A stretch of 64,000 nucleotides of DNA from Candidatus Bilamarchaeaceae archaeon (GCA_038851325.1 JAWCKZ010000002.1:58902-122901), one strand, 5' to 3'; positions 17,081-27,259 are shown, counted from the first letter of the stretch. Numbers and translations: made by a program. Notes: a model not told the origin generated them from the letters alone.

Positions 17081-19171
17081 ATGCGATCCCATGCAATACT
17101 TTTTCTGGCTTTGATGGCAGGCCTGTTGTCAGCGTTTGTGCCATCGGATTATTTCTACGCCAACGAGGGAAATGTTACGGTTACATATACTAACTTCACA
17201 CTCAATGGAACTCATTATTCCATAGTTTATTTTAATGACCAGGAAACATTTCTTATTAGAGAAGGAGAAATCGTGAATGATAGTGAGATAATAAAAAACG
17301 TAGTACGGTCATATTATAGAAGTGCGTTCTTACCTTCGGAATCTGAACTTGATGAAATACGCTCTTTGGTAACGGCATACAACGCAAGCAGAAATGACGG
17401 CTACGGCTACTACAAAAATAAAGAAGAGTACGAATGCAGAGGCGCACTACTAACTGATAAAAGAATAGAGATTTATATTAATGGAACAAGACAAAAATTG
17501 TGGTGTCATGACGATGCAAGTTGTGAAATAAACGCCATGTTATTGTACCAGGCTTATGGCGAAGGGCTTGGGTGGTCAAGTTACAGAGTGATACTTCAGC
17601 CGTTGAAGGATTTCGCATATTCAAGTTACGGCACTGACGAAATTTTAGAAAACTTTACACGGATGCTAAACACCGACGATGCAACCGAGCTCTATAACGC
17701 TCTTAATTATATGAAGAATTCGATACCAACTTTGGAGTCTTACGCCACTAAGATAGAATCTACCATCTTTAGGTTGCCTCGTCCGGATGATGCCGCGGAC
17801 AAAGAAAGTTGCCATTTGATATGCTACTCAATATGTCCGCCTTTTGATCTTAATACAACTATCCTTGACAGGCTTGAGACAAGGATAGATAGCATAAAGG
17901 CTAAGATACAGCCACTTGCTGAATACAATACCGTTGCAGAACACATAATCACGAGGACAAATGAGCGGGCGGCGTATAGATATACTTCAATGACAAGATC
18001 GCATTATAACAACATCTTTTCTCCTCTCGAGACAGAAGGAAGAGAAGTGGAAGAGTATGCTGCAAATGCCTATGGCCTTGTTGGGAATACCTCTTTGATG
18101 ATAAAGACAGAACAGCTAAAAGCCCTTCGTGAATCCATAAGAGGAAAAATAACCAACGCCTCATTTACCGGTTTGGATGACGAGATAAGAATCTATAGAG
18201 CGATGCTTTCTTCTGTAAGGGAAGGCGCTGACTCCACATATTCGCTCTACAACGAGACTATGGATGCTAAGCGGAGAGTGGATGCTGTTCTATTTGAGCT
18301 TGGTACGAAAGATCTCTCTGATCCCGACCGAAGAGAGTACAACGAAATTAGGGAGCATGTTAATGAATTAAATCTTCAGTTTACTAAAGGCATAACGCCT
18401 GAAAAGTGTATAGAGTTAAAAAATGGTTACGATGCAGCAGAGAAGGATGCGCAGGGCCTTTTGAATAGGGTCACGATGAGTGCTGGGACAACTGCTGTTG
18501 ATGCCTTTCGAATGTTTTCCATAAGGATGAACAACGGAATCGCAGACATCCTTAGGGCGACAAAAATGGCCGAGGTGAAATCAGTACCGCACAACAAGCT
18601 TACTTTCTTCGGTGGTTTTAGCATTCTCGTGTTTATTTCATTTATGTCCATAGCATTTCTTTTGTTCCTGTATTCTGTTGGAGTGAACAGAGACTCGCAC
18701 CTTAAGTATATTCTAAGCGCTGGCCTTATGTTGGTCGCTATCCTTGCTGCTGTTTTTTCCGGTTTACTCTATTATTACATGGACAAGACAGCTACCGAAG
18801 CTACTATGGATGAGTTTCTTTTTGACCTAAACAAGAAAAGCACGGTTGCACTGGTAGCCAAGATAGACCTAGCAACTCCAGGGGAAGCCGAAAGCATAAA
18901 GCGGTGCATGGGTATAGTGGCAAATACAATCAGAGAAAAAAACAAGACGGTTGATGTTTATTATTTAGAATCAGGAAATGTTTGTAAAAAGAATAACGCA
19001 ACCTACGAAAACTGCGCAGCTGATATAGAAAGCCACAATACCGCAATAATTTTCAGTCCCTCGACCACAGTGGAACCACCAACACTGTCTACGATATTCG
19101 TAAGCAAAGCGGAGATAAGAGGGCCAGCAGATTATTACGAAACATGCCCGCTTTCAGTTGTCTTTAAATAG
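17081..19171 (+). CDS. Secreted/membrane-anchored protein
   Basis: N-terminal signal peptide, NxS/T sequons, two TM helices near aa 510-565. Confidence 0.75.
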   Translation: MRSHAILFLALMAGLLSAFVPSDYFYANEGNVTVTYTNFTLNGTHYSIVYFNDQETFLIREGEIVNDSEIIKNVVRSYYRSAFLPSESELDEIRSLVTAYNASRNDGYGYYKNKEEYECRGALLTDKRIEIYINGTRQKLWCHDDASCEINAMLLYQAYGEGLGWSSYRVILQPLKDFAYSSYGTDEILENFTRMLNTDDATELYNALNYMKNSIPTLESYATKIESTIFRLPRPDDAADKESCHLICYSICPPFDLNTTILDRLETRIDSIKAKIQPLAEYNTVAEHIITRTNERAAYRYTSMTRSHYNNIFSPLETEGREVEEYAANAYGLVGNTSLMIKTEQLKALRESIRGKITNASFTGLDDEIRIYRAMLSSVREGADSTYSLYNETMDAKRRVDAVLFELGTKDLSDPDRREYNEIREHVNELNLQFTKGITPEKCIELKNGYDAAEKDAQGLLNRVTMSAGTTAVDAFRMFSIRMNNGIADILRATKMAEVKSVPHNKLTFFGGFSILVFISFMSIAFLLFLYSVGVNRDSHLKYILSAGLMLVAILAAVFSGLLYYYMDKTATEATMDEFLFDLNKKSTVALVAKIDLATPGEAESIKRCMGIVANTIREKNKTVDVYYLESGNVCKKNNATYENCAADIESHNTAIIFSPSTTVEPPTLSTIFVSKAEIRGPADYYETCPLSVVFK

Positions 19172-19251
19172 TTTTCCTGAGTTTTAGATAAAGGTTCTTT
19201 TCAAGGGTTGAGCCACTGTAATGATCGAAGAACGCACAGGGTGAAACGCTA

Positions 19252-19743
19252 ATGAAAGGAGAAAATACATGGTTGGCCTTTTTAGTGATAGGGATAATCA
19301 TCCTAGGGGTGGCGATAGTTTATCTCTATCAAGCAACGCCAAAGGAATTTAGAAAAGGGGTTAAGGTAAACGCTGAGACCTTTTCCGCAATTATCTCAGA
19401 TGCAGATCAAGTTTACATTGTTATGGATGTTAGAGAGGTCTCAAACGAACTTACAAAAAGAAACATTCTTCAGTGCGGAGTTGATTTTGCTGGAAGCGCA
19501 GGGCTTATTGGGAGAAATGTTACTTATGTGTCCTTGGACAATCACGGTTGTACCGTTGCCTCGCTCGAAGGGCTCAATCAGAGCAGGAGTACAGGAGATT
19601 GCATCGAAATGTTAAATTCAGATGGAGTATCGTTATACATTCATGAAGGAACAGAAACCGAGTACTACACGCGTGCTGCTATTATTGGGGTCAGCGATAC
19701 CTACGTTCTTGGAACATGCAGTGTAAACAGAAAGGTGCGATAG
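19252..19743 (+). CDS. Membrane-anchored hypothetical protein
   Basis: N-terminal TM helix; GGGTGA RBS; Cys pattern resembling the C-terminal domain of the upstream protein. Confidence 0.7.
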   Translation: MKGENTWLAFLVIGIIILGVAIVYLYQATPKEFRKGVKVNAETFSAIISDADQVYIVMDVREVSNELTKRNILQCGVDFAGSAGLIGRNVTYVSLDNHGCTVASLEGLNQSRSTGDCIEMLNSDGVSLYIHEGTETEYYTRAAIIGVSDTYVLGTCSVNRKVR

Positions 19744-19791
19744 GTTTGAGCAATTAAAGAAAACGCAATAATAGGCGCTCAATGTGGTTGA

Positions 19792-20352
19792 ATGTTTGTC
19801 GTCCTTGAAGGAATAGACGGGTGCGGAAAGGATACGCAGATACAGTTGCTTAGGAATAATTTGCAGTTTGAGTATTTTAAATACCCTACATCAAAATTTA
19901 CTATCCTTAACGATTACTTAAACGGAAAGGTGTCTCTCGATAAAAAAGGTCTATTTCTACTTTTTCTGGCTGATATTGCAGATGAACAGGAAAAGATTGC
20001 AAATGCAAACTTTGCTATAGCAGACAGATATGTATACTCCACGATAGCTTATGAACTTGGCGCATTGAGTTTTGAAAAGTCAAAGGAGATAGTTGAAGCG
20101 ATAGGCTTTATCAAGCCGGACCTTGTGCTTCTTCTTGACATCTCGCCAGAGACCGCACAAAAAAGAAAGGCAAAACAAAAAAAACCTGATATCTACGAAA
20201 GCAACACGAAGTATCTCAAAGAGGTTCGAGAGCGCTTCCTACGACTTGCAAAGGATTCCTTCCATGCAAGAAGGTGGATTGTGATAAATGCAGACGCACC
20301 GATTGATCAGGTTAATAAAGAGATAACAAAAGAAATTTCAAAATTATTATAA
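19792..20352 (+). CDS. tmk: Thymidylate kinase
   Basis: FVVLEGIDGCGKDTQ, ADRYVYSTIAY, KPDLVLLLD. Confidence 0.93.
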   Translation: MFVVLEGIDGCGKDTQIQLLRNNLQFEYFKYPTSKFTILNDYLNGKVSLDKKGLFLLFLADIADEQEKIANANFAIADRYVYSTIAYELGALSFEKSKEIVEAIGFIKPDLVLLLDISPETAQKRKAKQKKPDIYESNTKYLKEVRERFLRLAKDSFHARRWIVINADAPIDQVNKEITKEISKLL

Positions 20353-20386
20353 ACGCTTATAAATTTCCTTATGCTTAGGTTTATCC

Positions 20387-20911
20387 ATGGAAGAGAGTAA
20401 AAAGTTGAAGCTTTATTTGTTAATCCTCAACAGATACAAAGAACTCATAAATGAGAAGGAGACAAGAACGATAGGTGAGATAAAGGAGAGGATAAAACCT
20501 CATCATCCGTTCATAGAAAACATGAAGAGTAGCCTTATCCCTAAGGACTACAAGTGTGATTTCGCAGTTGTGTTGAGTAAACTTCTTTCTTTTATGAGCA
20601 GAATAGAAACAGTGGAACTGGCGATAAATTTTTGGTTTGAGTTTGAGGAGATTGTAGAGATCGAAGCCGCTGACGCTGCTAATAAAGCCATTCTCTTCGT
20701 TTCTTTATTGAGGAGTCTAGGCTCCGACAGCGCCAAGGTAATTATAACAAAAAGCGGCGAGTATTATGCGAGTTTTGTCCACTCCGGGAAGACACACCTG
20801 TTCTCTCCTAAGACGAACTCTCTCTTAGTTGATGAGGATGCCTTGAGAGTCCTCTCTTCAGACCCGCCAAGACATGTATTTAACGATGTAGAATACGAGA
20901 ATCTGGAATAA
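20387..20911 (+). CDS. Transglutaminase-like fold protein, apparently catalytically inactive
   Basis: FW..FEE.....AADAANKAILFVSLLRSLG aligns by eye to the YW..P.ET....GDCED.A.L..SLLR..G pattern without the Cys. Confidence 0.55.
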   Translation: MEESKKLKLYLLILNRYKELINEKETRTIGEIKERIKPHHPFIENMKSSLIPKDYKCDFAVVLSKLLSFMSRIETVELAINFWFEFEEIVEIEAADAANKAILFVSLLRSLGSDSAKVIITKSGEYYASFVHSGKTHLFSPKTNSLLVDEDALRVLSSDPPRHVFNDVEYENLE

Positions 20912-20923
20912 CCTAAAACTTCT

Positions 20924-21226
20924 CTACAATCTTTTTTCAAATCCACATTTACGGCATTTTATTCTTAAACAATTATGCATCCTGTCGAACTTAACCGTAG
21001 CAGTTTCGCCAGGTATCCATGGTGTTAAGCATTTTCTACAGAACGCGTTTCTGTACTCCTTTGGCAAGCGCGTCTTATTTTTTTTCAACAGTTCCCAAGC
21101 CATTCTTATATAACGCGCCGCTCTTTCGATCTTCCCCGTTAGATACGCATCATGCGACTCGTCTATTAGATTTATAACTGATTGCGAAGCTACTCTTTTT
21201 ATAAGCCTTTTCCGTTTAAACTTCAT
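20924..21226 (-). CDS. rnp4: Ribonuclease P protein component 4 (Rpp21)
   Basis: AARYIRMA, FCRKCLTPWIPG and CRKCG zinc ribbon. Confidence 0.88.
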   Translation of the reverse strand: MKFKRKRLIKRVASQSVINLIDESHDAYLTGKIERAARYIRMAWELLKKNKTRLPKEYRNAFCRKCLTPWIPGETATVKFDRMHNCLRIKCRKCGFEKRL

Positions 21227-21238
21227 GTAGTTGGTTCA

Positions 21239-22078
21239 ATGAAAAAATTTATATACGATTACTTTATCGATCCCATATGGTCAAGGACAGGATACAATCT
21301 CGTTAATACTTCTGTTTATGTGGTAATGGCACTCGCTGCGGTCTACGCCATCTTTAAACTTTTCAAAAAAATTGATATAACCATTGACAGGCGCTTCATG
21401 TTCGCCCTCCTGCCCTTTATCCTTTTTGGCTCGACCGTTAGGGTGATAACAGATTCTATAGACAGTGATGTTTTCAAACCGATAACTCCAGTGCATGCTT
21501 TCGTGCTTCAGAGTCACATCTACGATTATGGCTATCTTACAGTAACTCCGGGTATATACATCGTGACTGCCCTGATCTTTCTCTTATCTGTGTTGTTGCT
21601 CCGTTTTTTGGGCAGGATGGAGGATCTTTGGAAAGTTGGTGCAGCGCTGTGGCTGCCTCACCTTCTGCTTCTGCTGCCATTTATGGGTTATTGGTACCTT
21701 GCCTTCGTACCAATAGTCCTCGCAATCGTTCCGTGGGCTGTTGCAAAGAAAATTCTGAAAGATGATATTCTAGCCGGTATTGTGTTCGCGCATGCGCTTG
21801 ATGGCTCCGCAACATTTTTTGCGTTGAGCGGCATATTCGAAAAACTTACGGGTATACGCTATTTTGAGCAGCATGTTGTCTCGAGTGCGCTAATAAACAT
21901 CACGGGTGACCCGATTGCATTTTATTTCTTGAAAATTCTGCTCTCATTTGCTGCAGCGTATGCTCTAGCGCATGAAAAAATGCCAGAGGATGAGAAGGTT
22001 TATATTTCCGTTGTTTTAATAACGGTGGGGCTTGCACCAGGGATAAGAGACACTGCGCGGATAATGGTGGGTGCGTAA
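21239..22078 (+). CDS. DUF63-family archaeal membrane protein
   Basis: GYNLVNT, TPGIY, AHALDG.AT, YFEQHV, GLAPGIRD motifs. Confidence 0.85.
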   Translation: MKKFIYDYFIDPIWSRTGYNLVNTSVYVVMALAAVYAIFKLFKKIDITIDRRFMFALLPFILFGSTVRVITDSIDSDVFKPITPVHAFVLQSHIYDYGYLTVTPGIYIVTALIFLLSVLLLRFLGRMEDLWKVGAALWLPHLLLLLPFMGYWYLAFVPIVLAIVPWAVAKKILKDDILAGIVFAHALDGSATFFALSGIFEKLTGIRYFEQHVVSSALINITGDPIAFYFLKILLSFAAAYALAHEKMPEDEKVYISVVLITVGLAPGIRDTARIMVGA

Positions 22079-22558
22079 ATGGATGAACATTCTCTTGAGA
22101 TTGGGTTAGGGTTTGGGGTTACGTCTGCAGTGATAACAACGGTTGGACTTATTGTGGGATTAGATTCAAGTACACATTCGCAGGCAACTGTACTCGGCGG
22201 TATCATTGTAATCGCAATAGCAGATGCGCTCTCAGATGCTCTTGGTATTCACACATCAGAGGAATTCGAAGGTGTCCATACCACTAGGGAAATATGGGAG
22301 TCAACAGTTATGACATTCATAGCTAAATTCATATTTGCCCTAACCTTTGCGATACCAATCATACTTCTTCCACTTTCTCAAGCGGTAGTGGTTGATGTGG
22401 TATGGGGACTGCTTTTACTTGTACTTCTGGGCCACCTCATAGCAAAAAAGGAAAAGGAAAGTCGTATAAAAGTTATCGGCGAACATCTTGTAGTTGCAAT
22501 AGTTGTTATTGCGGCAGCGCGTTACCTAGGCAGTTGGGTGTCAGTAACTTTTGGGTGA
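22079..22558 (+). CDS. VIT1/CCC1-like membrane protein
   Basis: FGVTSAVITTVGL, IADALSDALGIH.SEE, five TM helices. Confidence 0.75.
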   Translation: MDEHSLEIGLGFGVTSAVITTVGLIVGLDSSTHSQATVLGGIIVIAIADALSDALGIHTSEEFEGVHTTREIWESTVMTFIAKFIFALTFAIPIILLPLSQAVVVDVVWGLLLLVLLGHLIAKKEKESRIKVIGEHLVVAIVVIAAARYLGSWVSVTFG

Positions 22559-22600
22559 CGATACAGAAAAGTTTTTTAAATTTCTTTTACTTATACACTT

Positions 22601-23488
22601 ATGCTAGATGCACCTCCCAAAAGCGAGAGACAACTTATTTTGGAGGCAGCAGTGGAGGTCATCAAAAAACAAGGACTTAGATCGGAATTGATAGGGAGCA
22701 AGAAATTTTCAGAATACTTTTTTAAGGGTGTTATGCTATTCAATGTTCTTGGTGACGGATGCACAAGAAACTGCAGGTTCTGCGTTATAAAGTACAAAAA
22801 AAAGCCTGATAAGCCTTCGCTTGATGAAGGAAAAAGAATAGCCGCTGTTTCTCAAAAACTTGGATTAAGGTATATTGTTCTTTCGCCCGTAGCAAGGGAC
22901 GACCTTGCAGATGGCGGTGCATCCTACCTTGCATCCTACATAAGAGATATAAAAAAGATAAATCCGAATGTGAAGGTTGAGACGTTTATTCCAGATTACG
23001 GTAAAAAACACCTTATAAAAATGGTGGTCGACGCTGGGCCAGACGTAATATCATACAGTCTAGACACGATCAAGCGGCTATATTCTGTCGTGAAGGGAAG
23101 CGAGTTTGATTTTGAGAGGAGCATAAGGACAGTCCGCACGATTAGAGAGTTGAGCAAGGACATACCCATCAGGGCAACCATAATGGTTGGGTTTAGAGAA
23201 AGTTGGTTTGAGGTAATAGGCGCATTAAGACGATTGCGTAAGGCGGGCGTGGATATGATAACGATAAGCCAATACTATAGGCCAACAAAGAACCATATTC
23301 AGGTTCTTGAGTATGTACCGGTGGAAAGGTTCGAGTTGTATGAAAGAGAGGCATATCAACTTGGTTATAAACATGTTAAGATTCAATCTGGCAAGCCTAT
23401 TGAGTATAGCGATTATATCCTACCAGAATTTATTTCTTCTGTACAACGAAAGCCTCTAGGACCTTTTCGTAAGGAGCATCAGTTTTAA
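22601..23488 (+). CDS. LipA-like radical SAM protein lacking auxiliary-cluster cysteines
   Basis: LGDGCTRNCRFC, RDDLADGGA, IMVGFRE, ITISQYYRP match lipoyl synthase; CX4CX5C and RSSY absent. Confidence 0.85.
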   Translation: MLDAPPKSERQLILEAAVEVIKKQGLRSELIGSKKFSEYFFKGVMLFNVLGDGCTRNCRFCVIKYKKKPDKPSLDEGKRIAAVSQKLGLRYIVLSPVARDDLADGGASYLASYIRDIKKINPNVKVETFIPDYGKKHLIKMVVDAGPDVISYSLDTIKRLYSVVKGSEFDFERSIRTVRTIRELSKDIPIRATIMVGFRESWFEVIGALRRLRKAGVDMITISQYYRPTKNHIQVLEYVPVERFELYEREAYQLGYKHVKIQSGKPIEYSDYILPEFISSVQRKPLGPFRKEHQF

Positions 23489-24518
23489 CAGCAGTTGGAG
23501 AAAAATGGGTTCTTGCGGCTTTGTAGCCAATCGAATTTAAGAAATCAAGAACATCGTTCATCTTCGGCACGCTTCCTCGCGAAATAAACTTTGAGATTCT
23601 ATGAAGATCATAAAAATATGGTGGCATCCCAATCTCTTGTTCCATAAGCTCTAATTTATTATGTATCTCTTCTCTGTGACCGTACCCTCTCTTTTCATTT
23701 AATTTTTTCATTTCTCTGAGAATATTTATATCGTGGAGCTCTCCGAGCCAAAGCGGTCCTGCGTACTCAATATTTTTATTGCAGACCTTGCACCACTCCG
23801 TTGGAAAGCGCACTGCTCTCCTGAAGCCACAATGTGGGCAGTACTCGACATAACCAAGACGTGCAAGCGCGTTGTTTGCTTTCTCTGCCCCCCTTGTTAC
23901 CTTTACTACAGTTTTTAAATAATGTCTATCAGAGATCGAAAGAAGAGGTATCGTTCCCATGTTAAATTCGGCACCTACTTCGGCTATCTTTTTTATCAAA
24001 ATCCTGAGACCGTTTTCGTGCGTGCATTCATTGTTCAGCGGCTTTGCATGATAGTTTTTCATACACGGCTTTGTTTTTCCGCCGCACAGAACAGCAGTGT
24101 CTGTTGCTGTGACTGAAAGATATCCCTGCTTAAGGGGATTAAAGATTCTGAAAACATCATAGAGATACGGAGATGGTGTCCCAAACGGGTCAACCTCGAC
24201 AAAATCAGCGGTTATGTCGAAAACAAGTCTTGAGATGTTCCCATGGAGTACAGAGAATTTTATTTTGTTTTTCCTTGCATTTTTTCTTGCACATGCCACG
24301 GCCGCTTTATTCACATCAACAAATATAGTGCGCCTTACATTATCATTTTCGATGGCATATCGTATGCCCCGTATGCCAGTTGCTGCAAATCCGTCGCACA
24401 CAATGATTTTTTCCGCCAATGCACCGATCAAAAGCGAAACAATGCTGCGACAGAACGTCATTTCTTTATTGTAAAAAACCCCCTTCGGTGCGTTAAACAC
24501 CACTCCCTCCTCCATCAT
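23430..24518 (-). CDS. trm1: tRNA (guanine26-N2)-dimethyltransferase
   Basis: VFYN, ATGIRGIRY, VDPFGTPSP, VTATD, GPLWLG, RTHF. Confidence 0.95.
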   Translation of the reverse strand: MMEEGVVFNAPKGVFYNKEMTFCRSIVSLLIGALAEKIIVCDGFAATGIRGIRYAIENDNVRRTIFVDVNKAAVACARKNARKNKIKFSVLHGNISRLVFDITADFVEVDPFGTPSPYLYDVFRIFNPLKQGYLSVTATDTAVLCGGKTKPCMKNYHAKPLNNECTHENGLRILIKKIAEVGAEFNMGTIPLLSISDRHYLKTVVKVTRGAEKANNALARLGYVEYCPHCGFRRAVRFPTEWCKVCNKNIEYAGPLWLGELHDINILREMKKLNEKRGYGHREEIHNKLELMEQEIGMPPYFYDLHRISKFISRGSVPKMNDVLDFLNSIGYKAARTHFSPTAVKTDAPYEKVLEAFVVQKK

Positions 24519-25740
24519 TTTTATCCCTATCCAAAAATTCTCTAAGAGCCGCGGTTGCATAGGCCCCTGATTGGAGCGAGAATGTGAATGTGTTGTTATA
24601 AAATGAGAAGTCTTTTAATGGTGAGAGCAGCGTACGGTGTGTTCCTTTTGAGGATATCTCTGGTATGGCCTTTATTTTGAAATCACGCGGTTTTATATCA
24701 AACATCTCAAGAATTCTTTTTTCACGCTCGTTCACCTTTGTTTCATACCCTATCATCTTTCCTGCAATCCATCTTGAATGACTTTCCTGCTTCTTTATGT
24801 CAGGAAAGCCACCCGTCTCTCCGCAATAGTATTCTCCTTCTTCGAGTTTGTTGAGCGCTCCTTCAGCAATTCTTTCTGATAGGGCAAGGTTGAAGATGTG
24901 CGACTGGAATGCGTGAACGAACAAAAGAAGGATGCGTCTCGGTAGTTTTCTAAGAGCACCAGCATAGTCCCTTGGATAGACAGCAAGATGTGTAAGAAGC
25001 GCTCTCTCAAGGTGCAAATACTTTGGAAACTCCTTAAGTGCTTTCTTAAAGTCCCCTGTTTCTCGTAGATTTTTTCTTGCTAATATTGCTAGTTCGTTTG
25101 TTTCCCCTTTGCATTCACAGAGAAATTCAAGTGCCGCCAAATCGTGCCTCCCCTTTGCAAGGTACTCTCCGAGTTTGTGAGTATTTCGCCTGCTTGAACC
25201 AAACCTTTGAGGCCCAAAATAGTTAGGGAAGACGCCATTCAATTCTTTATAAATCACTTCCACAGCGTTTTTTTCGTTAGGATTCTGTCCATGTACAACT
25301 ATCTTGAAACGGTTTCCCAGAAGACTGCCCAATCTCGTTTTATCAGATGAGCTCCACGCGCCGAGTATCTTTATATCCTTGAGATTAAGCGAGAGCAATT
25401 TCTCCTTGCTAATTCCGAAAACAGAAACAAGTTGAGTAGAAATAGCATTCTTATCCTTCGTACCTGCATAACTGAATCGCTTTGCACTGATGCGAAGTTC
25501 ATCCGCTATTCTCCTTATTGCCCCCTCGCTTGTCCATTCCCTCTTTTGAAGTATGAAATGCGTGAAATTTCCTTCTGTCCCAGCGCGTGTGAAGGTCTTG
25601 TCCTTCTCCAGTATTGTTCCGTCTTCAAGTATTTCCTCAACTATGAAATCATCCGGTGTTTTCTTTATTCTTCCACCAATTCCAGGGGTCTTTGAAAGGT
25701 AAGAAAGAAAATGGTCTTTCTCTGGCAAATCCTCACTCAT
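24493..25740 (-). CDS. truD: tRNA pseudouridine(13) synthase
   Basis: DFIVEE, YAGTKDKNAISTQ, PNYFGPQRFG, GAYAT..LRE. Confidence 0.96.
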   Translation of the reverse strand: MSEDLPEKDHFLSYLSKTPGIGGRIKKTPDDFIVEEILEDGTILEKDKTFTRAGTEGNFTHFILQKREWTSEGAIRRIADELRISAKRFSYAGTKDKNAISTQLVSVFGISKEKLLSLNLKDIKILGAWSSSDKTRLGSLLGNRFKIVVHGQNPNEKNAVEVIYKELNGVFPNYFGPQRFGSSRRNTHKLGEYLAKGRHDLAALEFLCECKGETNELAILARKNLRETGDFKKALKEFPKYLHLERALLTHLAVYPRDYAGALRKLPRRILLLFVHAFQSHIFNLALSERIAEGALNKLEEGEYYCGETGGFPDIKKQESHSRWIAGKMIGYETKVNEREKRILEMFDIKPRDFKIKAIPEISSKGTHRTLLSPLKDFSFYNNTFTFSLQSGAYATAALREFLDRDKNDGGGSGV

Positions 25741-25858
25741 GACTGTTCACCGTACTGTAGTCTTATAGTACGGGCGTTATAATATTTAAATTACTATGAA
25801 AAATATGAAAACGCAATTAAAGATGGTCTCTCACAGTTCTGGACTTGCTATGGAGTTG

Positions 25859-27259
25859 CTATGACCCCATTTTTTCTGTCTTTGTTTTTCTGTCTTTGTT
25901 GCGGACCATGTGGATGATCGATTTATAAGACTGGAAGAGTGAATTAACAAGGGTTTGATTTCCGCCCAGATAGTAATGATGCGCCGCACCCCCCTCCTCA
26001 GCTATCTGATGCCACTCCTTTGTTTTCAGCTGCACTTCAAATCGCAGCAATCTCGAGGTGAGAACATCCTCGGGTTCGGTGTCGTAATGGAACGCCTTAT
26101 AACCATTTTCAGGTTTGACTTTGAACTCTGGAGTGCATTTTTTGTAAAGCACGCCAGGGGTTGTATTTAGTCCGCATAAATTTGATTCTATTACTGCCTT
26201 TGCCAATTCCAGAGCTCTCCCCTTTGCGTCTTCTTCCATCTTGTCTACCTCAATCCCATGTAGTTTGTTGATGATAACGCGGAGCGCTACAAGGTCATTA
26301 AGTTTTGCAATGTCGTAGTATTGAATAATCGATCTTATATATTTGTTTAGTTTTTCTTCATTTTCCTCAGAACTCTCGTTATGACCAACATGTAGACGCT
26401 TAAACTCATCCACCAATCTTCTATATATCTTGCGCATTATTTTCCCTTCATGTTTTTTCATTCTTGGTGCAACAATCGCATCTGTGAAGCCTTGGACTCT
26501 TAACGTTTGCCTGATCCGTCTTGCAAGATCTTTGACAATGTTTTGCGTTGTATGCAGGCGTTCCGTAAGCCCGGTTTCATTCATTTTTTCCATTACATAT
26601 TCGTATATCTCTCTGTGGTTTATCTTAAATGCGTGGAGAAGAATATCTCCTGCTAGGGATGGATATCCAAAAAATTCTGCCAGCGGGGCGTAGATTTTCT
26701 CCCCTGCTGTTGCGTCCCTTTTTAGAGAGTTTTCTGCATCCGATTGAGAATCGTAAAGCCTGAATATAGAACAACCATTGTTGTTAATGACATCATTTGT
26801 TCTTTGGCTTGTTGTGTGCGTGACAGCGACATCAACTATTCGCGGCAGCAAAGCCAATGGAGCTGGTTTGTTATCATTAAGTAAAGGAATATAACTCTCC
26901 AGCGGAGCACCAGCGCGATCAAGATTTCTCAACTGACAGAATATTCTGAGTTCGTCGACTATTGCTCTTTCTTCTAGCATTTGAAGGATGGAAGGGTCCA
27001 AGCATTTAACCTTATCATAATCTATCATGTGATAAAGTACAATCTCTGTAATCCGGTGATTCAGTTCAGCCCTTTCTGGATCTTTTTTGTAGTGTTTTAT
27101 TGCACTTCCATTCACCATCTTTACTTCTTCAGCCTTTTTCATGACTTCAAGGCAGTGTTGGTAGAGCTGCATAGCATTTTTTTTGAAATAAAAATTCCTA
27201 GCTGTTAGTATACTGGATTGAAGGGATGGTAATTTTTTTCTAGTTCGTATAAATTCCAT
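25859..27259 (-). CDS. RelA/SpoT-family (p)ppGpp synthetase-like protein with degenerate HD domain
   Basis: IYAPLAE..G, RMK....IMRK, NDLVALRVII, KPENGYKAFH, FEVQLKT..WHQIAEEGGAAH. Confidence 0.88.
   Translation of the reverse strand: MEFIRTRKKLPSLQSSILTARNFYFKKNAMQLYQHCLEVMKKAEEVKMVNGSAIKHYKKDPERAELNHRITEIVLYHMIDYDKVKCLDPSILQMLEERAIVDELRIFCQLRNLDRAGAPLESYIPLLNDNKPAPLALLPRIVDVAVTHTTSQRTNDVINNNGCSIFRLYDSQSDAENSLKRDATAGEKIYAPLAEFFGYPSLAGDILLHAFKINHREIYEYVMEKMNETGLTERLHTTQNIVKDLARRIRQTLRVQGFTDAIVAPRMKKHEGKIMRKIYRRLVDEFKRLHVGHNESSEENEEKLNKYIRSIIQYYDIAKLNDLVALRVIINKLHGIEVDKMEEDAKGRALELAKAVIESNLCGLNTTPGVLYKKCTPEFKVKPENGYKAFHYDTEPEDVLTSRLLRFEVQLKTKEWHQIAEEGGAAHHYYLGGNQTLVNSLFQSYKSIIHMVRNKDRKTKTEKMGS

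Noticed and set aside
22601..23488. Assigning gene symbol lipA
   Set aside because: Auxiliary cluster ligands required for lipoyl synthesis are missing.
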